64,000 nt of DNA, from contig JAVKIH010000002.1 in NCBI GenBank assembly GCA_031459625.1, positions 272,528-336,527 on the forward strand. The letters run 5' to 3'. How positions within the stretch are numbered: position 1 is the first letter of the stretch; each line of letters opens with the position of its first letter. Positions 60,944-64,000 of the stretch are shown here, piece after piece. A program made the translations under genes and the position numbers. Below the pieces are notes generated by a model. The model did no database searches, was not told the DNA's origin, and saw only the letters and a list, made by a program, of their open reading frames with translations. This stretch comes from Candidatus Geohabitans tengchongensis. GTDB taxonomy: Bacteria > Sysuimicrobiota > Sysuimicrobiia > Sysuimicrobiales > Humicultoraceae.

Positions 60944-62340
60944 GCCTCGCCGCCCACGACGATCGCCGAGACCAGGACGTGCGGCTGTCCCACCTCGGTG
61001 GGGATGGAGCCGGAGAGCGAGCCGCACATCCCCGCACCCAGGGCCAGGTCGTCCGAGACCGCCACCACGCGCATGATCGTCTCCGGCCCCTTGCCCACCA
61101 GCATGGCGCCGCGCACCGGCTCGGCGACCTCGCCCCGCCGGATGCGGTAGGCCTCCTGGACCCCGAAGTTGTACTCGCCCGACCCGGGCCGCACCTGGCC
61201 GCCGCGGAAGCCCACGGCGTAGAGGCCGTCGTCCACCTGGGCGAAGAGGTCCCGCAGCGGCGTCGTGCCGGGGGCGATGAAGGTGTTGCGCATGCGCGAG
61301 GTGGGGGCGAAGGTGTAGTCCTGCCGCCGTCCGGAGCCGGTAGGGCGGTAGCCGGTGCGCAGCGCGCCCCAGCGGTCCACCAGGTAGCTGCGCAGGATGC
61401 CGCGCTCGATGAGCACGGTGCGCTCGGTGGGGGCGCCCTCGTCGTCGAACTCGCTGCTCCCCCAGGCGTGCGGGACGGTGCCGTCGTCGACGTAGGTGAC
61501 CACGGGGCTGGCCACCGGCTCCCCCAGGCGGTCGGCCAGGACCGAGGCCCGCTTCGCTACCGCGGTGGTCTCCAGCAGGTGGCCCACCGCCTCGTGGAAG
61601 ATCACCCCGCCGAAGCCCGGCCCCAGCACCACCGGCATCGTGCCGGCGGGCGCGGGACGGGCGCGCAGGTTGGTCATGGCCTGCTCGCCGGCGCGACGCC
61701 CCAGCACCGCCGGGGGGTGGGTCTCCAGCAGCTCCAGCCCCACGCTGAGCCCCTGCCAGGCCACGCCGGTCTGCACCACCCCGGCGTCCTCGGCGATGGC
61801 CGTCACGCGCAGACGCGTGCGCACGCGGCGGTCCTCCACCCAGGCCCCCTCGGTGTTGGCCACCAGCACCTCCTGCTCCCACTCCTCCAGGACGCTCTCC
61901 ACCTGCCGCACCTCGGGGGCCACGCGGGCGGCGCCGTCCGCTTCCAGCAGCCGCTCCAGGCGGTAGCGGCGGGGATGGGCGTCGAAAGGCACCCGCGGGG
62001 TGTGCAGGCCCCGGGCGCGGGCGCGGCGGAAATCGAGCCCGCCGCCGCCACGCTCGTCCACCCGCCCGGCCTGGCCCCGCAGCGCGGTGAGGGAGGCCGC
62101 CAGCGCCAGCAGCCCCTGGGGGGTCAGGTCGTTGGTGTAGCCGTAGGTGACCTCTGTGCCGTGGAAGAGGCGGAGCCCCGCCCCGTACTCCAGGCCGCTG
62201 GCGGCCTCCTTCACCTCGCCGTTCAGCACCCGCAGCGTGCGCCGGCGCCAGCGCTCGGCGTACACCTCGGCGAAGTCGCTGCCGCCGCGCCGCGCCCGTG
62301 CCAGCACCTCGCGGACGAGCGTCTCGTCCAGCACGCCCAT
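60940..62340 (-). CDS. tldD: TldD metalloprotease
   Basis: FHEAVGHLLE, DDEG, TGSGRRQ..RMRNT, GMCGS. Confidence 0.93.
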   Translation of the reverse strand: MGVLDETLVREVLARARRGGSDFAEVYAERWRRRTLRVLNGEVKEAASGLEYGAGLRLFHGTEVTYGYTNDLTPQGLLALAASLTALRGQAGRVDERGGGGLDFRRARARGLHTPRVPFDAHPRRYRLERLLEADGAARVAPEVRQVESVLEEWEQEVLVANTEGAWVEDRRVRTRLRVTAIAEDAGVVQTGVAWQGLSVGLELLETHPPAVLGRRAGEQAMTNLRARPAPAGTMPVVLGPGFGGVIFHEAVGHLLETTAVAKRASVLADRLGEPVASPVVTYVDDGTVPHAWGSSEFDDEGAPTERTVLIERGILRSYLVDRWGALRTGYRPTGSGRRQDYTFAPTSRMRNTFIAPGTTPLRDLFAQVDDGLYAVGFRGGQVRPGSGEYNFGVQEAYRIRRGEVAEPVRGAMLVGKGPETIMRVVAVSDDLALGAGMCGSLSGSIPTEVGQPHVLVSAIVVGGEA

Positions 62341-62346
62341 CCCTCC

Positions 62347-64000
62347 TCAGCCGGCCACCACGGCCGACTCCGGGGCGGTGAGCCCCGGGAGGTCGCGCAG
62401 GAAAGCCAGCACCTCGTCGGTGTCGCGCAGGTAGTAGGCCGCCGCCGTGGGCGCCTCCGGCGCCACCGTCACGGTGATGCCGCGGGCCAGCAGCGCGCCG
62501 AAGGCGTCCTCGTCGGTGCGGTCGTCCCCGATGTAGATGGGGACGACCTGCCGGTCCCACTCCGGCCCGTAGCGGTGGTGGAGCCACCAGAGCACCGCTC
62601 GCCCCTTGTCCCACGGCAGGCTCAGCCGCAGCTCCAGCACCTTCTTCCCGCGGGTCAGCCGCACCCACGGGCGCGCCCGGGCCACCAGCGCCCCCACCAC
62701 CTGCTTCACCCGGTCCACCTGCTCGGGGGCCACAAGCCGGTAGTGCACGCTGCTGCCGAAACCCTTCTCCTCGACGATCACCCCGGGGATCTCTGCCAGC
62801 GCCTCACGGAGCTGGGCGGTCAGGTCGCGGATCTGCCCGCGCAGCCGCTCCGCCGCCTCGGCCACCGGCGGCTGCGCCGGCCCCTCCACCTCCAGGCCGT
62901 GGTTGCCGAAGTACAGCACCCCCTCGACCCCCAGCAGGCGGCGGATCTCCGCGACGGCCCGGCCGGTGACGATGGCCACCTCGATCCCGGCGGCCACCAG
63001 GTCCTGCAGGACCCGCCGCACCTCCGGGCCGGCCACCGCGTCGGCGGGCCGGGGGGCGATGGGGACGAGGGTCCCGTCGTAGTCGAGGAAGAGCGCCGGG
63101 CGGCGCCGCTGGAAGAGCGCGCGCAGCCGGGCGAGGTCCCCGAGCAGGTGGCGGGTCTCCTGGCGGCGGGCGATGAGCCGGGCCGCGGCGGCCACGATCT
63201 CCTCCATCCACCAGTAGACGTCGTGCTGGCGCAGGTAGGCGCGCATCGGCCGCAGCCGGGCCCGCCGCTCCTCCAGCGGCATCTCCAGCGCCCGGCGCAG
63301 CGCCTCGGCGAAGCCCTCTTCGTCGTAGGGGTTGATGATGAGGGCGTGGGCCATCTCCTCGGCCGCCCCGGAGAGCTCGCTGAGGATGAGCACGCCGCGC
63401 TCGTCCACCTGCGCGGCGATGAACTCCTTGGCCACCAGGTTCATCCCGTCCTGGAGGGAGCTGACCACGGCGACGTCGGCCAGGCGGTAGAGCGCCGCCA
63501 CGGCCACGCGCGGCATCGGCTCGGGGAGGTAGAGGACCGGCGTCCACGCCGGCGCTCCGTAGCGGGCGTTGATCTCCCCCACCAGCCGCTCCACCTCGGC
63601 CTGCAGCTCCTGGTAGGCCTTGATGCGCGTGCGGGTGGGCGCCGCCTTCTGCACGAAGACCACGCGCTCGCGCCACTCGGGGTGGCGGCGCAGGAAGCGG
63701 TCCACCCCGCGCAGGCGCTCGGGGATGCCCTTGGAGTAGTCGAGGCGGTCCACCGCCGCCACCACCGCGCGGTCGCCCACCTCGGGGCGGGCCCGCCACC
63801 GCGCCATCCAGCGCCGCCCCGCGGCGGAGGCGGCCAGCTCCTCGAAGCGCTCCACGTCGATGCTGATGGGGAAGACGCGCACCGTGGTGCGGTGCCCCTC
63901 CAGGTCGACGACGCCGTTGGCGAAGTCCACGTCGGCGTCGGGCAGTCCCCGCTCCACACACTCCAGGAAGGTCTCGCGGAAGCGCTCCAGGTGGAAGCCG
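62347..64000 (-). CDS. otsAB: Bifunctional trehalose-6-phosphate synthase/phosphatase (5' end outside window)
   Basis: GT20 motifs [15 protein letters not shown] and DGMNLVAKE fused to HAD motifs FLDYDGTL and GDDRTDED. Confidence 0.92.
   Translation of the reverse strand, partial: GFHLERFRETFLECVERGLPDADVDFANGVVDLEGHRTTVRVFPISIDVERFEELAASAAGRRWMARWRARPEVGDRAVVAAVDRLDYSKGIPERLRGVDRFLRRHPEWRERVVFVQKAAPTRTRIKAYQELQAEVERLVGEINARYGAPAWTPVLYLPEPMPRVAVAALYRLADVAVVSSLQDGMNLVAKEFIAAQVDERGVLILSELSGAAEEMAHALIINPYDEEGFAEALRRALEMPLEERRARLRPMRAYLRQHDVYWWMEEIVAAAARLIARRQETRHLLGDLARLRALFQRRRPALFLDYDGTLVPIAPRPADAVAGPEVRRVLQDLVAAGIEVAIVTGRAVAEIRRLLGVEGVLYFGNHGLEVEGPAQPPVAEAAERLRGQIRDLTAQLREALAEIPGVIVEEKGFGSSVHYRLVAPEQVDRVKQVVGALVARARPWVRLTRGKKVLELRLSLPWDKGRAVLWWLHHRYGPEWDRQVVPIYIGDDRTDEDAFGALLARGITVTVAPEAPTAAAYYLRDTDEVLAFLRDLPGLTAPESAVVAG

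Noticed and set aside
59621..62340. TldD/TldE as part of a RiPP cluster
   Set aside because: No precursor peptide, YcaO or other modification genes are adjacent; this is a common housekeeping pair.

Overview
Very GC-rich bacterial chromosomal segment. The tal-rho-rpmE-prfA synteny and an SLH protein suggest a Terrabacteria-type lineage (inference only). About 55 real genes lie under many spurious antisense ORFs. Housekeeping content: prfA (partial), rpmE, rho, transaldolase, argS, nagZ, htrA, accDABC, ROK kinase, MsmX-type ATPase, PGI/PMI, tldDE. A trehalose/alpha-glucan region holds malQ, GH57, glgB, maltokinase, glgE, divergent treS and a partial otsAB fusion. Accessory blocks are (i) a LysR-linked peptide-uptake cluster with an S9 hydrolase that has lost the canonical Asp/His motifs and an ANKH/MATE-like transporter, (ii) a DUF2089/DUF4097 operon in which three proteins share one bihelical SHOCT-like motif, (iii) an LLM oxidoreductase/ATC-hydrolase/amidohydrolase ABC cluster, (iv) an archaeal-type ATP-dependent DNA ligase, and (v) arsR-arsN2-arsM. 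Notable non-coding signals are a recurring perfect 22-bp palindrome GAACTCGGYCCGGRCCGAGTTC (two intergenic copies about 26.6 kb apart), SOS-box-like motifs, several leaderless-type promoters including a bidirectional -10, and a multi-hairpin leader. No rRNA, tRNA, CRISPR array or intact transposase was recognised.
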